This document shows, piece by piece, positions 12,205-26,600 of a stretch of 64,000 bases of DNA; positions within the stretch are counted from its first letter, which is position 1; each line of letters starts with the position of its first letter. The position numbers were made by a program, and so were the translations under genes. Origin of the DNA: Patellaria atrata CBS 101060 (lineage: Eukaryota); contig MU006094.1 in NCBI GenBank assembly GCA_010093705.1, forward strand, positions 110,020 to 174,019, in the 5' to 3' direction. The notes beneath the pieces were generated by a model, which was given only the letters and a program-made list of their open reading frames with translations, did not search any database and was not told the origin of the DNA.

Positions 12205-13242
12205 ATGTCTTCCAAGTCGATAACGCTCATCATCAAACCGCGAGGTAAGGCAGCCCGGCCCCCTTTTCAACTCCAAAAATCTTACGCACCTATCTACAGG
12301 CAACCCAATCAGGAATCTCCCAGACGAGACTGCCATCTTACTCTCAGATTCGGGGGCAGAACTTCACAAACAAATTGCAAAAGCATCCCAGACTTCTATT
12401 CACCGATTGCGCATTACCAAAGGCAGCGACAACTCCGTAGTCGCTAATTCCAAGGATGTGTCAATTGAAAGTACCGGTCTGCGGGATAGGAGCTCAATCG
12501 TCATAAAGGATCTAGGTATAGCTGAAAATAGTTAAAGCTTCTATCCTAATACTAACGGTTACCAGGACCTCAGATATCATGGCAGACAGTCTTTATCATC
12601 GAATATATAGGCCCAATTCTTATCCACCCGCTTCTCTACTTCCTTCGACCTTATGTCTACGGCACAAATCTCCCCCCTTCGACACTCCAAACAATCTCAT
12701 GTATCTTGGTTACACTACACTTTGTCAAACGTGAGCTCGAAACACTCTTCATCCACCGTTTCTCACTTGCCACAATGCCCTTTCGCAATGTGTTCAAGAA
12801 CAGCGCCCATTACTGGCTCGTGTCGGGCCTACTCATGGCCTGGTTTACCTACGCTCCTAATGGCCCGACACAGAAAAGCCAAGAGGACGTTTTTGGCGGT
12901 TTAGCCCTAACACAGATTGGGCTATTCCTGTACACCATTGGAGAATTGGGAAATCTCTCCAACCACCTTACGCTTAGAAACCTACGTTCAAGCGGAAGTA
13001 CGGAAAGGGGTATTCCTCAAGGTTTGGGATTCAACTTGGTGACATGCCCCAATTATATGTTCGAGACCATCTCTTGGTTAGGGATGTTCTGCGTGAACCG
13101 TAGCTGGAGTACTGTCGTCTTTATTGTCTTGGCGGTTGCGCAGATGGCCGCCTGGGCTAAGAAGAAGGAAAGGAGGTATAGAAAAGAATTCGGTTCGAAA
13201 TATGAAAAGAAGAAATACGGAATGATACCCGGCTTGTTCTAG
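12205..13242 (+). CDS. TSC13: Very-long-chain enoyl-CoA reductase (steroid 5-alpha-reductase family)
   Basis: Exons 12205-12244, 12300-12515, 12566-13242. Ubiquitin-like N-terminus, KDLGPQISW, HFVKRELETLFIHRFS.ATMP, VTCPNY. Confidence 0.94.
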
Positions 13243-13393
13243 TTTCAGTATAATCTTACTGGTAGATAAGACTGTAGGTAAACGTAACGGTATATGTAAC
13301 AGCGACAGCTACGTACTAGATCATCGCTAATAAGAGCATCAACTCACGAGCGAACAACATTTATAGGGCCCAAAGCAACATGGCTTACCACGT

Positions 13394-13790
13394 GATATCG
13401 GTCATGATAGATCTGATAAAGAGATCTCCAAAGGTAGACAAAAAGGTGCATTTAACCCGCATCTCAACCCCACCATTAGCTTTGCATCTGACGTCTCTCG
13501 GTGCTCGCCGCATTCCCCTTGCTCCAATCGCCGTCAACTTGATCTCGATAACACAAGATCTCAATCTCTCCAGCTTTAATTCGCCTCCATCTGTTTGCTT
13601 CTTCTTCTTCTCTTTCTTCTATTACTGCTACTCTTCCTCTATTCTTCGACTTAATTTCTCTTCTACAAATCCGAAGCTTCTTACTCTTCGATGCCCTTGC
13701 CACTTCGTTTGCTGGTGATTATTATATTATCATCCTAGAGCATTTGTTAAAGCTCTTACTAGACCAATGACTCGTGACTGAATGATAAGC
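13394..13790 (+). promoter_or_regulatory. Xanthine dehydrogenase promoter: GATA (AreA-type) sites plus a UaY/Ppr1-type CGG-N6-CCG site
   Basis: GATA cores at ~13394, 13406, 13415, 13546 and 13784. TCGG-tgctcg-CCGC at 13498-13511 is one mismatch from the A. nidulans UaY site TCGG-N6-CCGA. Confidence 0.55.
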
Positions 13791-13861
13791 TGATTACCTT
13801 GACAAAAATCCATTCAGTTTCATTCTACGCTTCATAATACATCTGTACATATTCTTTAACC

Positions 13862-16800
13862 ATGGCCCCTGGACTGGTCGATCCCGCAGTCTCCTCGGAG
13901 ACTCAACAATCATTAAGCTCCCTTACCGAAAGTTATGATGATACTATCCGCTTCTACCTTAATGGAACCAAAGTTACTTTGGATGACGCGGACCCTGAAG
14001 TGACTTTACTGGAGTATCTTCGTGGCATTGGTTTGACTGGAACTAAGTTGGGTTGTGCAGAGGGTGGCTGCGGAGCATGCACAGTTGTAAGTGTTAGCCC
14101 CTGCTACAGGCAGCTCCAGGATACTCATACATACAGGTCGTTTCCCAATGGAATCCCACAACAAAGAACGTCTATCATGCTTCAGTAAATGCGTGTCTTG
14201 CACCGTTGATAAGTGTTGATGGCAAGCATGTGATCACAGTTGAGGGAATTGGGAATGTGAATAGACCACATCCTGCTCAAGAGCGAATAGCAAAGGGGAA
14301 TGGTAGTCAATGTGGGTTTTGTACCCCTGGTATAGTAATGGTAAGAGCTATAGCCTTCATTTACCTCGTAGATCAATATCTGACTATGGATTAGAGCTTG
14401 TATGCACTGTTACGAAACAAACCGGATCCATCAGAGCATGATGTTGAGGAAGCCTTCGACGGGAATCTTTGTCGATGTACAGGTTACAGGCCCATTTTGG
14501 ACGCCGCCCAAAGCTTTAGCAAAAACAGAGGATGTGGGAAATCCACAGCTAATGGCGGCAGTGGATGCTGCATGGAGAATGGAAACGGCGGAGGTTGTGG
14601 AAAGAGCCTTGACGGAGACCAACCAATTAAGAGATTTACACCTCCTGGATTCATCGAGTATAAGCCCGACACGGAACTGATTTTCCCACCAACACTTAGA
14701 AAACATGAATTCAAGCCGCTCGCTTTCGGTAACAAGCGAAAGAAGTGGTTTAGACCCGTTACTCTTCAGCAATTGTTAGAAATCAAGAGTGCATATCCGT
14801 CAGCAAAGATCATTGGAGGCAGTACAGAAACTCAAATTGAGGTAAAGTTTAAGAATATGCAATACACTGCCTCAGTGTATGTTGGCGATATTCCGGAGCT
14901 TCGTCAGTTCGAATTCCACGATGATTACCTCGAAATAGGAGGGAATATTGTTCTTACAGACCTCGAGAAGATTTCTGCAGACGCTATCGAGCATTACGGC
15001 GAAATTCGCGGTCAACCCTTCGCCGCTATTCTCAAACAGCTACGGTATTTCGCCGGAAGGCAAATTCGTAATGTTGGAACACCTGCAGGAAATCTTGCAA
15101 CCGCTTCTCCAATCTCTGATCTCAATCCAGTATTTGTTGCTACCAACACCGTTGTGATTTCGAAATCATTGGAAGCGGAGGTAGCTATTCCTCTGTCACA
15201 GTTTTTCCTAGGTTATAGAACCATAGCACTAGAACCAAATGCTATCATCGCAAGCCTAAGAATACCAGTTGCAAAAGAGAAAGGAGAATACTTGCGTGCA
15301 TTCAAACAAGCGAAGAGAAAGGATGACGATATCGCGATCGTCAATGCCGCATTACGAGTATCCTTAGACGACTCGAATACGGTGGAGAGCTCTGATCTGG
15401 TGTACGGTGGTATGGCCCCTATCACAATACCTGCTAAGAAGGCATCCGAATACTTGAAAGGGAAAAATTGGACAGACCCATCGACCCTTGAAGGTGTAAT
15501 GAATGCCCTAGAACAAGACTTTGATCTACGGTTCGGCGTCCCGGGTGGAATGGCAACATACCGCAAATCGCTTGCTCTCGGGTTCTTCTATAAGTTCTAC
15601 CACGAAGTTCTCGCTGACCTTGCCGACAAAGACGTAAAAGCAGACACGCACGCCATTGGTGAAATTGAACGAGAAATATCGTTTGGCAAGAAAGATCACG
15701 ACGCCACTCAAGCGTACGAACAGAAGGTTCTTGGAAAGGAGCGCCCACATGTGGCGGCAATGAAACAGTGTACGGGAGAAGCACAGTATACAGATGATAT
15801 ACCGGTCCAGAAGAACGAACTGTACGGATGTTTGGTCTTGTCGACGAAAGCACATGCGAAGTTATTAAGTGTTGATCCCTCTCCTGCTCTGGATCTCCCT
15901 GGGGTGGTTGCATGGGTTGACCATCACGATCTTCCTAATCCTGAAGCAAACTGGTGGGGTGCGCCTAGCTGTGATGAGGTCTTCTTTGCAGTAGATGAGG
16001 TGTTTACAGCAGGTCAGCCAATTGGCATGATTCTAGCAGTTTCCGCGAAGCATGCGGAAACTGCTTCTAAGGTTGTTAGAGTCGAGTATGAGGAACTCCC
16101 AGCCATTTTCACAATCGAAGAGGCGATTTTGAAAGAGAGTTACTTCGATCATGCACACTACATCAAGAATGGGGATGTTGAAAAGGGTTTCGCTGAATCA
16201 GATCATGTGTTTACTGGTACTGCGAGGATGGGCGGACAAGAACACTTTTACCTCGAAACACAAGCCTGCGTTGTTGTGCCTAAACCCGAAGATGGCGAGA
16301 TTGAGGTCTTCAGTAGTACCCAGAATCCCGCTGAGACGTAAGTAAATATTTCCCTTCTATTCAACTTCCCGCATACTTACAGATCCCACAGTCAAGCATA
16401 CGTTGCTCAAGTAACAGGCGTCCAAGCCAACAAAGTCGTCACCCGCGTCAAACGCCTCGGTGGCGGTTTCGGCGGCAAAGAAACTCGCTCCATCCAACTT
16501 GCCGGCATCTGCGCTACCGCCGCGAAAAAGACATCCCGCCCCGTCCGCTGCATGCTCAACCGCGACGAGGACATCGTTACCTCCGGGCAACGGCACCCCT
16601 TCCTCGCCAGGTGGAAAGTTGGCGTAAACAAAGACGGCAAGCTGCAAGCCCTTGATGCGGACGTCTTCAACAACGGTGGATGGAGCCAGGATCTCAGCGC
16701 CGCGGTTATCGATAGGGGACTGAGCCATATCGATGGTGTGTATAAAATCCCGAATGTACATGTAAGGGGACGAATCGCGAAGACCAACACGGTGAGCAAC

Positions 16801-18078
16801 ACGGCCTTCCGTGGTTTCGGCGGGCCACAGGGGATGTTTATCGCGGAGACGTACATGGAGGAGGTGGCGGACCATCTCGGGATGCCTGTGGAGAAGCTCC
16901 GAGAAATAAACATGTACAAAGATCGCGAAATCACGCACTTCAACCAGGAGCTCAGGGACTGGCACGTACCGCTCATGTACAAGCAAGTGCAAGAAGAGTC
17001 AGACTATCAGAAGCGTAGAGAGGAGATCGAGGAGTTCAACAAAACTCATAAATGGAATAAACGAGGACTTGCGCTGATCCCGACGAAGTTCGGCATCTCC
17101 TTCACCGCTCTCTTCCTCAATCAAGCGGGCGCACTGGTCCACATCTACCACGACGGCTCGGTGCTCGTCGCCCACGGCGGCACGGAAATGGGTCAAGGTC
17201 TGCACACAAAGATGACGATGATCGCCGCCGAAGCACTCGGAGTCCCCCAAGATGACGTCTTCATCTCCGAAACCGCCACCAACACCGTCGCCAACACCTC
17301 TTCCACCGCCGCCTCCGCCTCCTCGGACCTCAACGGCTACGCCATCTGGAACGCCTGCTCCCAGCTCAACGACCGCCTCGCCCCCTACCGCGCCAAACTT
17401 GGCCCCTCAGCCACGATGAAGCAGCTCGCACACGCCGCCTACTTCGACCGCGTCAACCTCTCCGCAAACGGCTTCTACAAGACCCCGGACATCGGCTACA
17501 TCTGGGGCCCGAACACAGGGCAGATGTTCTTCTACTTCACGCAGGGCGTCACGGCCGCCGAGGTCGAGATCGACACGCTGACGGGGGATTGGACGTGTCG
17601 ACGGGCGGACGTCAAGATGGACGTCGGTCGCAGCATCAACCCCGCCATCGACTACGGCCAGATCGAGGGCGCGTTCGTCCAGGGCCAAGGTCTGTTTACC
17701 ACCGAGGAGATGCTGTGGCATCGCGCCTCCGGGGGCATTTTCACGAAGGGCCCCGGCGCGTATAAGATCCCCGGGTTTAGGGATATACCGCAGGAGTTTA
17801 ACGTCTCGCTGCTCAAGGACGTCGAGTGGGAGGATCTGCGCACCATTCAGCGCTCCCGAGGTGTCGGGGAGCCGCCGCTGTTCATGGGCAGCGCGGTTTT
17901 CTTTGCTATTAGGGACGCGTTGAAGGCGGCGAGGAACCAGTGGGGGGAGGAGAGCGTGTTGGCGCTTACGAGCCCCGCCACGGTCGAGAGGATTAGGGTT
18001 AGTTGCTCGGATCCGATTGTGGAGAGGGTGAGGGTTCAGCCCGGGGAGGGCGAGAAGAGCTTTTTTGTGTCGATTTAG
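13862..18078 (+). CDS. hxA: Xanthine dehydrogenase (purine hydroxylase I; 2Fe-2S/FAD/Moco)
   Basis: [40 protein letters not shown] domain, [19 protein letters not shown], catalytic GEPP. Three short introns, the last at 16338-16391. Confidence 0.97.
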
Positions 18079-18780
18079 GAGGGATGGGGTTAGTGTGATG
18101 TCGTGCGAATGGGGGTGAGGAAATGGAATCATGGAATTGAGGATGGGTCTTAGAGCCCGTAGTTGTTCGTATTGGCGTTAGTCCTAGGAATGCGTGTTTC
18201 CCTTTTTCTCTCGTTTGAGGACCTTATGTTACTTTACCTTTGTTCTATCCCGATGATTGTCTCCCTATGAGTTTTTTCTGGGCTGAGTTATAGGAGACCC
18301 GGTGGATACAGACATCGAAACCATCGGTGCGGGAACGATCTCATCCCTCACTGATTTTATTTCCTCCCTGCTGTCACAGTCCCGATAACTAAGGTAACGA
18401 CATCCCCCGCCATACTCACGAATCTGATAAGGTAGTTAAGACAGCGTGGTATCGCATATGCTATGCTTCAACCCATGTTGGAGTTGAGGAATAGAACACG
18501 TCTTCAAGCGTTTATTTTAAGTTTTAATATACTTTTATAGACGGATAGGTACAACAATCGCTGACGTAGCTCGTAGAAAACTTTTCATAGTAGATAGATC
18601 GGGAGTAGTATTCTACGCTATCTCACTATATCCCAGCAATCTCTAACGTGCCGAATGCAATTCCTACGGTTATTTTCTACGGGTCTCATATTTGGTCTCC
18701 AAGGTAGTAGTGTATTACAATGCGCCATCCCTCCATCGAACGCCGAAGATATAGATATCGCTATTCAAAAAGCCATAAGC

Positions 18781-20123
18781 TCAATCCACCGGCGCATGCT
18801 TGAACAAGAAAGAGACACTCTCCCCATTATGCGTACGTCTACAAGCCTCAGCAAGAGTTGGGCTGACATCGATGACATCGATCCTGTCGCAAAGGTCTTT
18901 CTTCTCGTTCAGGGGGACGGTGTTCGTGACGACGACCTTGGTCAACTTGCTACCGTTCAAGGCCTCGATGGCATTGCCGCTCAAGATGCCATGTGTGACG
19001 ATCGCGATGGCTTGCTTTGCCCCGTGCTGGATGACTACGTCTGCGGCTTTCACGAGCGTGCCGCAGGTGTCGGCCATGTCGTCGACGATGATGGCGATGC
19101 GGTCTTTCACGTCACCTACCAGGACCATTTTTGACACTTCGTTCGGGCGCGCTCGTTCCTTGTGGATGAGGGCGAACCCGAGATCGAGACCGTCTGCGAT
19201 GGAGGTTGCTCTGCGCAAGGGTCAATCAATTAAGCCCCTATTGCGCAATATTCGTCGTACTGTGGCTGACATGTGGGAACGGCGTAGATCGTGCAGGAGG
19301 TTGAGGTGTGGGGGATGCTTCGGTCTCTTACCTCTTCGCGCCACCTGCGTCCGGAGAGACGATAACGCACTCCTTGACGCTGAGGTTCTCCCTTATCCAG
19401 CGTAAGGTGCTTGGTTCCGCATATAGATTGTCGACGGGTACGTTGAAGAAGCCCTGGATCTGACTGGCATGCAGGTCCATGGTGATCACATGGTTGCAGC
19501 CGGCAGTCTGAAGCATGTTTGCCATCAGTTTCGCCGTTATGGGCGCGCGGGACTTGTCTTTCTTGTCCTGACGTGCATATGGGAAGTTGGGGATGACGGC
19601 GGTGATGCGGCGCGCGGAGGCGGTCTTGCAAGCATTGATCATGATAAGGAGCTCCATCAACCCATCGTTGATATCACCAGGGGCTGTAGATTGGAGTATG
19701 AAAACTAGCGGGGTAATCCGAGTGTCAGTATGTTGGATTCGCCATCTTGAGGTGGGGTCGATGCGAAACGGGAGCTTTGGTATGAGGTAGAGCCTAGTGT
19801 TGCAGATATAGAGATTTTCCAACGTACCATCTTCATCTCGTACGGATTCGCCGATAGTGACTGATGTTTCTTGGTTGGAGTATTGTAGGACCAGTATCTT
19901 GGTGAGCTCGATGCCGAGTCTGCGAAACAATTTACAAGGTCAGTTTGAGAGCGTTCGTGATAGCTGCAGAGGTGGTAAGAGGGTGCAAATTGGGAGTAAA
20001 GTCCGATGCGAGTCTGTGGGTAATTGTTGGAAATGTAGGACTCGTTTCGTACCTATCAGCCACCAGCTTTGCAAGGACAGGATGGCTGTTGCCAGTGAGT
20101 AGTTTGATTGAATTTGTTGCCAT
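18781..20123 (-). CDS. PRS2: Ribose-phosphate pyrophosphokinase (PRPP synthetase, Prs2/Prs4-like)
   Basis: [49 protein letters not shown], and the PRPP motif [12 protein letters not shown]. Four exons. Confidence 0.95.
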
Positions 20124-21700
20124 GACTATAGCTATGGCAAGTGAAGTAAGCAAAGTTCATGGTGAAAGATGTAATTTTCATGGCAAGGTCACAAGTGGGA
20201 GGTCTTTTTTCTTCGCAAGGCGACATGACACCGGCACCGCCCGCCAAATTTTGCACAAAGGCCTTCTCCGCCTTCCGCCCCGCTCGTTCAAGCCCGCCTC
20301 CACCTCATAGTTCTATCACGGCGACTATCAGAGAATCGCTTCATCATCTTATGACTGGCGGAATATTACATTTCGTCTCTACCCGCGATTCGCGACTTGA
20401 TTAACTTCCGATGGGAGACCCTAGGAGCATAGACTATAGCACAGACATACGAAGCTCAAGGGGGAAGGCCTTGGTCAGATATCCCTTGATCTTTAACCAT
20501 CAAGTTAATTCTCCGATGTCCTGAGTCGTCGCAAAGGTCACACACCCTCTTGCAATCTGTACCTATTTAACCTTAAGATCTAAGGGATACGCCACAGGGT
20601 TTATAGCAAGAAATAATGCTGAACACCAATACCGTGTCAGCTAGTCAGTTAAGCGATACTATTCATGTCCTCAAAATCAACCGTGAACTACCGTACTACG
20701 CGGTTCTGGATGCTTGACCTTCAAGGCCTCCAGGAATCCACGAGTTCGCTACGAACAAGGACAATCTCTTTTCAAGCCTCTTCATCATCGCGGTCCCCTT
20801 GGTCCAACGGGCTCCACCCGGAATGTGAGACCATCGATCAAGAAATCTCAAGGTCGCCGTATCGAACGGCAGTCTATGCGATCAGTAGTTTATTTCTGGG
20901 TCCGCTTCTCCGCGATTTCGTGACGCGTATCTTAAGATGAAGTTGTGGGGTGTTGCTGAGTGAGCTTCCTACTTTGTAGGAGTGCAGATGTAGAAGATAG
21001 GTAAATATGCTCGGGCATCTCTCCTGCAGCACACTAATAGGCGCAACAAATTTCCCTTTTGCGCATTTCAGCAAATCACGAATGATCATGGTCACTTATT
21101 AATAGCCGAATATAAGACCCTAGTGGCAATCAAAACGTTTTAAGATTTTTGTGTGCTGTTTGTAACAGCTGCCGAGTTTCATGAAACGACCTGCGGGTGC
21201 GGCCTATCATCGCTGGGCTCAACTCTCGACCTAAGCTATGTACAGAAGGATCTGAGGAAAAAACTTGGACAGGTTCGCCATGCTATTCACAGCTGGAGGG
21301 GGTATCGTTAAGACATGGATGGTGAGAGAAAAAAAAAACTGCTATCAATAAGACATGGAACGAGCTTATTGTCGAACCTGGAAGGAGCATCGCTCACTCC
21401 GCGTCGTACAAGACATCATTCGAAACCCCGGACGAACGGGAGTTGAAGAAAGAATAGAAAGAGAGGGGAAAACATGTGATTAGAAAACATATCTTTTAGG
21501 GTAGAAGCATAGACGTGGACCGTGTAAGACCGTAAACTCATGTAAGAGCAAGGAGAGCTACATGAGTATCAAGATAAGAGAAGACGGGTAAAACGCTGCA
21601 GATAGCAATAATAGTCCCTTAAACATATCAAGAAGACATCGTCATAAGGGAAATAGCGTAAGAATTTTGTACATCGTAATCATGAGACGCCTTTTGGTAA

Positions 21701-23609
21701 TTAGCATGCTTCGCACATCTTTCCGATAGCTTGCTCAATGTCTGAAAATAGACTCAAGACATGGCCATCAGCATAGATCTTGATCGACTCCACATCTTTA
21801 CGATCTACCCTGTTTGGGCTGTCAATCTTATCTGGACTCCGTGGTGGTGTGCTCTCGGCAGTCTCTCGATGAGACGGCATCGCCGGCATAGCTGGATGAA
21901 GCACTAATGCGGCAGCTACATGTTCAAGTAACTTTTGGCGTACACGCAATCGGCGGTTTTCCGCTTGTTCGATCTTGAGGATCCAGTCGTCGATAGAAAT
22001 GTCGAGCTCTGCTAGGGCTTCTTCCTGTTTCATCAAGCTCTCTCGGGAAAAGATCATCGTTTCACTTCGGGCGAGATACGAAATCATCCTGCTATGTAGC
22101 TTTTGGCGGCCTGCCCGCAATGACTTGTATGTCTTGCGTAGATATTCGCAGCGTTCGTCTAAAGCACGTAGTTCCTATCACAGTTTAGTATATCAATCTT
22201 GCAAGTATTATCCGTAAATTAGCCAACTCACCCTTGAGAGAGCATTGACATCACGAGAGCTCAGAACCTCAAATTTCTCTGCTTGACCAATAGCCTGTGC
22301 ACGCAAAGATTCTTTCTCCGCCTCTTGAAACCGAAGGTTTGCTTCACTTGCACGTACACCCTGAGGAAGTCTCCAGTTGTCCGTGGCGGGAGTACTAGGG
22401 CTTTTGGCTTCGGAACATGTGCGGCTACGTTCTCTCTTATCGGCCTTCTTCGGTGGTCTTCCTCGGTCCATAATGGATGTTTCCGATTGATTTCTAGCGT
22501 GCTGGTTGAGGATGGGATTCGGGCTTGTCCGACCGCTCCATAATTGTGGTGATGATCTTCCTTCTAAAGCACTGCGCGGTGAGATTGCACTTAATGGATT
22601 TGGAGTGACTGAGAGGTTTCCTGAGATGGCACTCAAAGGGTTTGGAGTTGTCGCCGAGAGATTTCCTGCACGTGCTGAGTACTTGGGGGCTGGAGATCCT
22701 TTGCGTAACGTGGACGGAGACTTTGGAGGAACTGAGGGTGGAACATCATCGCCATCTTTATGAGACGTATCAACTTTCAACGATGGTTTGGTCGTTAAGG
22801 TGGGACTTATAATCGGTGATAGTGGCCTAGTCATGAGAATTGGCGTGCCAAGGCGACTTTTTGGCTGCTCCGGGTCCGCCGGAGGGGTTCTCATACCAGA
22901 AGCTGGACTCATAACTGGTGCCTGGACGGGGCCGGTAACACAAGAAGTCATTGCATCTCCAAAAGGATTGCAGCGCCATTGGACACCTGGTACGCTGCTT
23001 GAACGTTCGTGAAGAAATGCCTCGCTGTACTGTTTCCGTAGGGGAAACCTTCCGGGAATAGTTGCTAAGAAGCGTTAGGAACGCAAATCAAGGCTAGAGA
23101 AGAGATACGTACGAGAGTCAAGTGCAGTCTCTTGCACAGTGGTCATGCTTGCGCCCAGTTCTGGGACACTAACTTTTCTTCTTCTTGAGAGAGATCCTGC
23201 TCTGGATCTGAGAGCACCTGGCGTTGGTGGAGGAGCAACAGCAGTATCACTAAGGGAGGTTGGAGAACGACCCATGGACAAAGCCATTGATTTTTCGGAT
23301 CCTGGCAATGGTGGACTCAATCCGGAGGGACTCTTTCTTCCTGATGTAGGCCACAATTGATATCTGGATGTAGAAGTTGCAGATGTAGGTTGCACTGGGG
23401 ATCCAGATGGGCGACGCTCGTAAACCCTCGTAACCTCTTTCTCGTCCTGATACTATTGGAAGTAAGAGGCGGTCCGTACAGAAAGATGAAGACGAAAAGG
23501 TCTAAGATGGGGATTGACTCACGCTGTTTCTTAGCCAGGACGTTTCTTCACCTATATAAACATTGGCCTTTGTGGTATCCAGTCGCATACAATTGGCGAT
23601 GTGTGTCAT
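21701..23609 (-). CDS. Uds1 (up-regulated during septation)-domain protein with Ser/Pro-rich disordered N-terminus
   Basis: Starts MTHIANCMRL; four exons. C-terminal coiled-coil DERCEYLRKTYKSLRAGR...QEEALAELDISIDDW...RVRQKLLEHVAAAL. Confidence 0.8.
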
Positions 23610-26600
23610 TGCTTGAGATTTTAAAATCATAGTTTACTAGCAAGATATGCTAAGTGCCTAGACGTGGTGAGACTCGGGAGGCTTACATGTCAAACGTGAA
23701 CCAACTCCCTGCATCGGTGAGTACGGAAACAGCTTGCTTTAAGTGTGGCTCCTGAAGAGTATTATTGCTACGCGGGAACACACAGAAATCAGCATGGTTC
23801 TGCAGGTACCAATATCCGCACAGAGTCTAGGCTTCGGGAGTCGGCTGCAGTATGGGCTGTCAGGTTGATGGTTGTCTGAAACAATCTCCCCTGTAACTTT
23901 CGGTGAAGTTGATGAGCTTTGATGCTTGCCATGCTGGGCCCTTCGTGGGGAAGATGTAGCCCGCAAGCCTGCAAGCTAAACGTGCGATGTAGCACGCTGC
24001 TGCACCTCATTCCTTGATAATAATACAGCCTATATTGCTAGAAACTAAGGGAACCTTATAGCTGTACGACCTACCGACGACGTACATGCGCTTTCCCTTA
24101 GGACATGGAGCTATCCGACCATTCACACTTTGAACACTCAACTTTCCCGACCAGATCAAATTCACTAGAAGTATAGGGACCGGTTGGTCATCTAGGTATC
24201 GTCGTCTTGTACTTTCGTGCGCTATCTTTGGACCGAGATAGAATATACAGCCACCCTTATGCGTGGTGACTCGTAAACAAAAAGCCACTGCGAATAGCGG
24301 AGAGCAAAGATTACTTCTACAGGATTAGCAGATTGCTTGATTATGTTTCTTTACCGTACAAGGTGTACCTGAGTACGGTACCGATACCTTTTCCCTAAGT
24401 TCTCCTCGATGAGCAGATGATCTTTTTTCAACGCCGTTAAAAATCCCGACACTCGAGGCGAGCTGGGAACTCAGCGGGGAGCAAGCAGGTAGACAGCCCT
24501 CTACGGATAAGGTAGGTAGTGCGTCGATGGTCAAAAGTTTAAATCCCTTGAGGGTTATGATACTTGTACATCATGAGGTCTATCGCAGCTACAAGTAGCT
24601 CCACTCTTTGGCATTTCAAGATGCAGATTCTGATGTGCAGGACGATTGACGACAGCGGACTTGCGCCGTTGCGGGCATCTCTGGAAAGGAAGTCCAATTG
24701 ATCACCTTCTTTCGGGAGAAGTTGTGATGACGAACCATGTTCTGCATCATGAATACCAGTAGAATGGTGTAACCAGTTGAAAGAGTTCAGTACTCCAGTC
24801 ATTGTCCGTCTTTCAGTACAGTTCGGCGTCTTCTCAGTCTGAAAAGGCGCTACCGTCTGAGAAGAAGCTTGTCGAAAAATGAAAATCTCGACCTGTGTAC
24901 GTTCCAGAGCTCCACTGCCCTGATCACTTCGGGTAAGACTTCGAATTGGGTAATTCAGGCCGCCAATTGGCTCCTGCACCGGTAGGAACTCCTAGGGAGC
25001 CCAGGAGGGGAAATGGGGAATATGGAGGACAAGCCCAAAATCGTCGAAGCCGTCTCGCTTTCCACGTGCTCGATGAAACGATGGGAAGATCTTTTGAAGC
25101 ATACCGGAATCCACTACTGAGTCAATCAAAAGACAATCAAAATCATGAGCTACCAGTCTGACTCGCGACTATGGGGGCTACAAAGCTACAATCGTAAGTT
25201 ATTAACCATTGATTACAGGAAGATGATGAACGACCTCTTACAGCAGTAAAAGATATACTCTACAAAACTCTAAAACTTAGAAACTATTTCAAGTTCTAGA
25301 AAAGCACGCAAAAACTCCAAACAGCTGCTATATCCCTATCTTTTCTATTCCCGTGAACGGCGACCTCCCGAACAAGGCAAGTCGGAGTTGCTTTTTTGCA
25401 AAGTGCCGGAGTACAGCGTTCATCATTTTGCGGCACGCTGCGTCAATCACATATAATGTTTGTGTCATTACTAGGGTCTTAAGGTGGCGGGAAACGTTCC
25501 AGTATGGCACAATCCCTATCACCAAAATCTCAACGGTCGATCTGTTACTTCATCCCGCTATCATCTCTTCCACCCTTATTCTTTTTGTTGTCAGTTTAAA
25601 ATGATTGTTCATGAGTCAATTATTGAGACTCAAAAGTTTCCTCTTTTTCCCGTCAGCAGCAGATGGGATACCATTTCCATCTCCTCGGATTCCACTGTCT
25701 GGCATTCCCACCTCCCATGTCTTGGCGGATGTGACGAGATGCCACAAATTGGCATGCAAATCCTTCCTTCGAGGTTTAAAATCTAGACCAATCAAGTATC
25801 TAAGTCGTATTTGACAGGATCATCAAACTTTCACCTCTTTAACGGTTATTGTTTCATACCCAAACCTTACCGAAAGCTGGTGTGACTGTACTCGTTATCC
25901 TTAATTTTCACCTATCATGCCCTCGATACCGGCTTACATACGAAAAACACAGAGATGACTACTACCGGGTAGTAGTTATTTGGGGAATATCGTTTCATCC
26001 GTATCTTACAACCCCTTATGTGCTCGCTTACTGGTGGGCACTTTAAAGACTCACTAAATTTCTTTCAGGATCTTAATCTTATCATTTTAGCTTACAGGAA
26101 GTCCATAGTGATGAGAAGGATCAAGTCATGCCATTTCTCTATGCTTCCTTCGTAGTACGTATGGGGCTGATACGCTCTTTGTTCGATTTCTCCACCTTAA
26201 AGTTCTATGATACCGATTCTCTGAGGTCATGATCTTCAGTATAGGGATATCCTTCTACGGTGGTAAAAAGGTAGGCCTTGTCGTAAGGTGAAGATCATTC
26301 CAACCCTCCTACTTTTAATTTCCCTATCGTAGCTCTAGTTTTACCCCGCCTATGGCAAAGCTTTAGTTTAGTTAGAAACTTTAGAGCGCCATTTGAAAAC
26401 AGCTCGTTCTATTTTAGAGAGGCGCTGGAGTTGTGTGTTTAAGCATTTCTCGGTACCGTAACATGAAGGTATCCGTGCAACTACCGCTTGGAAATATAGT
26501 CGACGCCTCTCAGAATTCTCGCGACCTTTGCTCTCATTATTGATATCTACTCCCTTATTATCATTAGGAACATCAGGATACGAGGGGGCCATGGTTGAAT

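Noticed and set aside
16357..18132. Long antisense ORFs over XDH (and similar ones over PRS, MSF1, MFS, GH32)
   Set aside because: Shadow ORFs expected from the high GC3 of the sense genes.
20665..21095. Short ORFs between PRS and the Uds1 gene
   Set aside because: No domain, splice support or codon signal.
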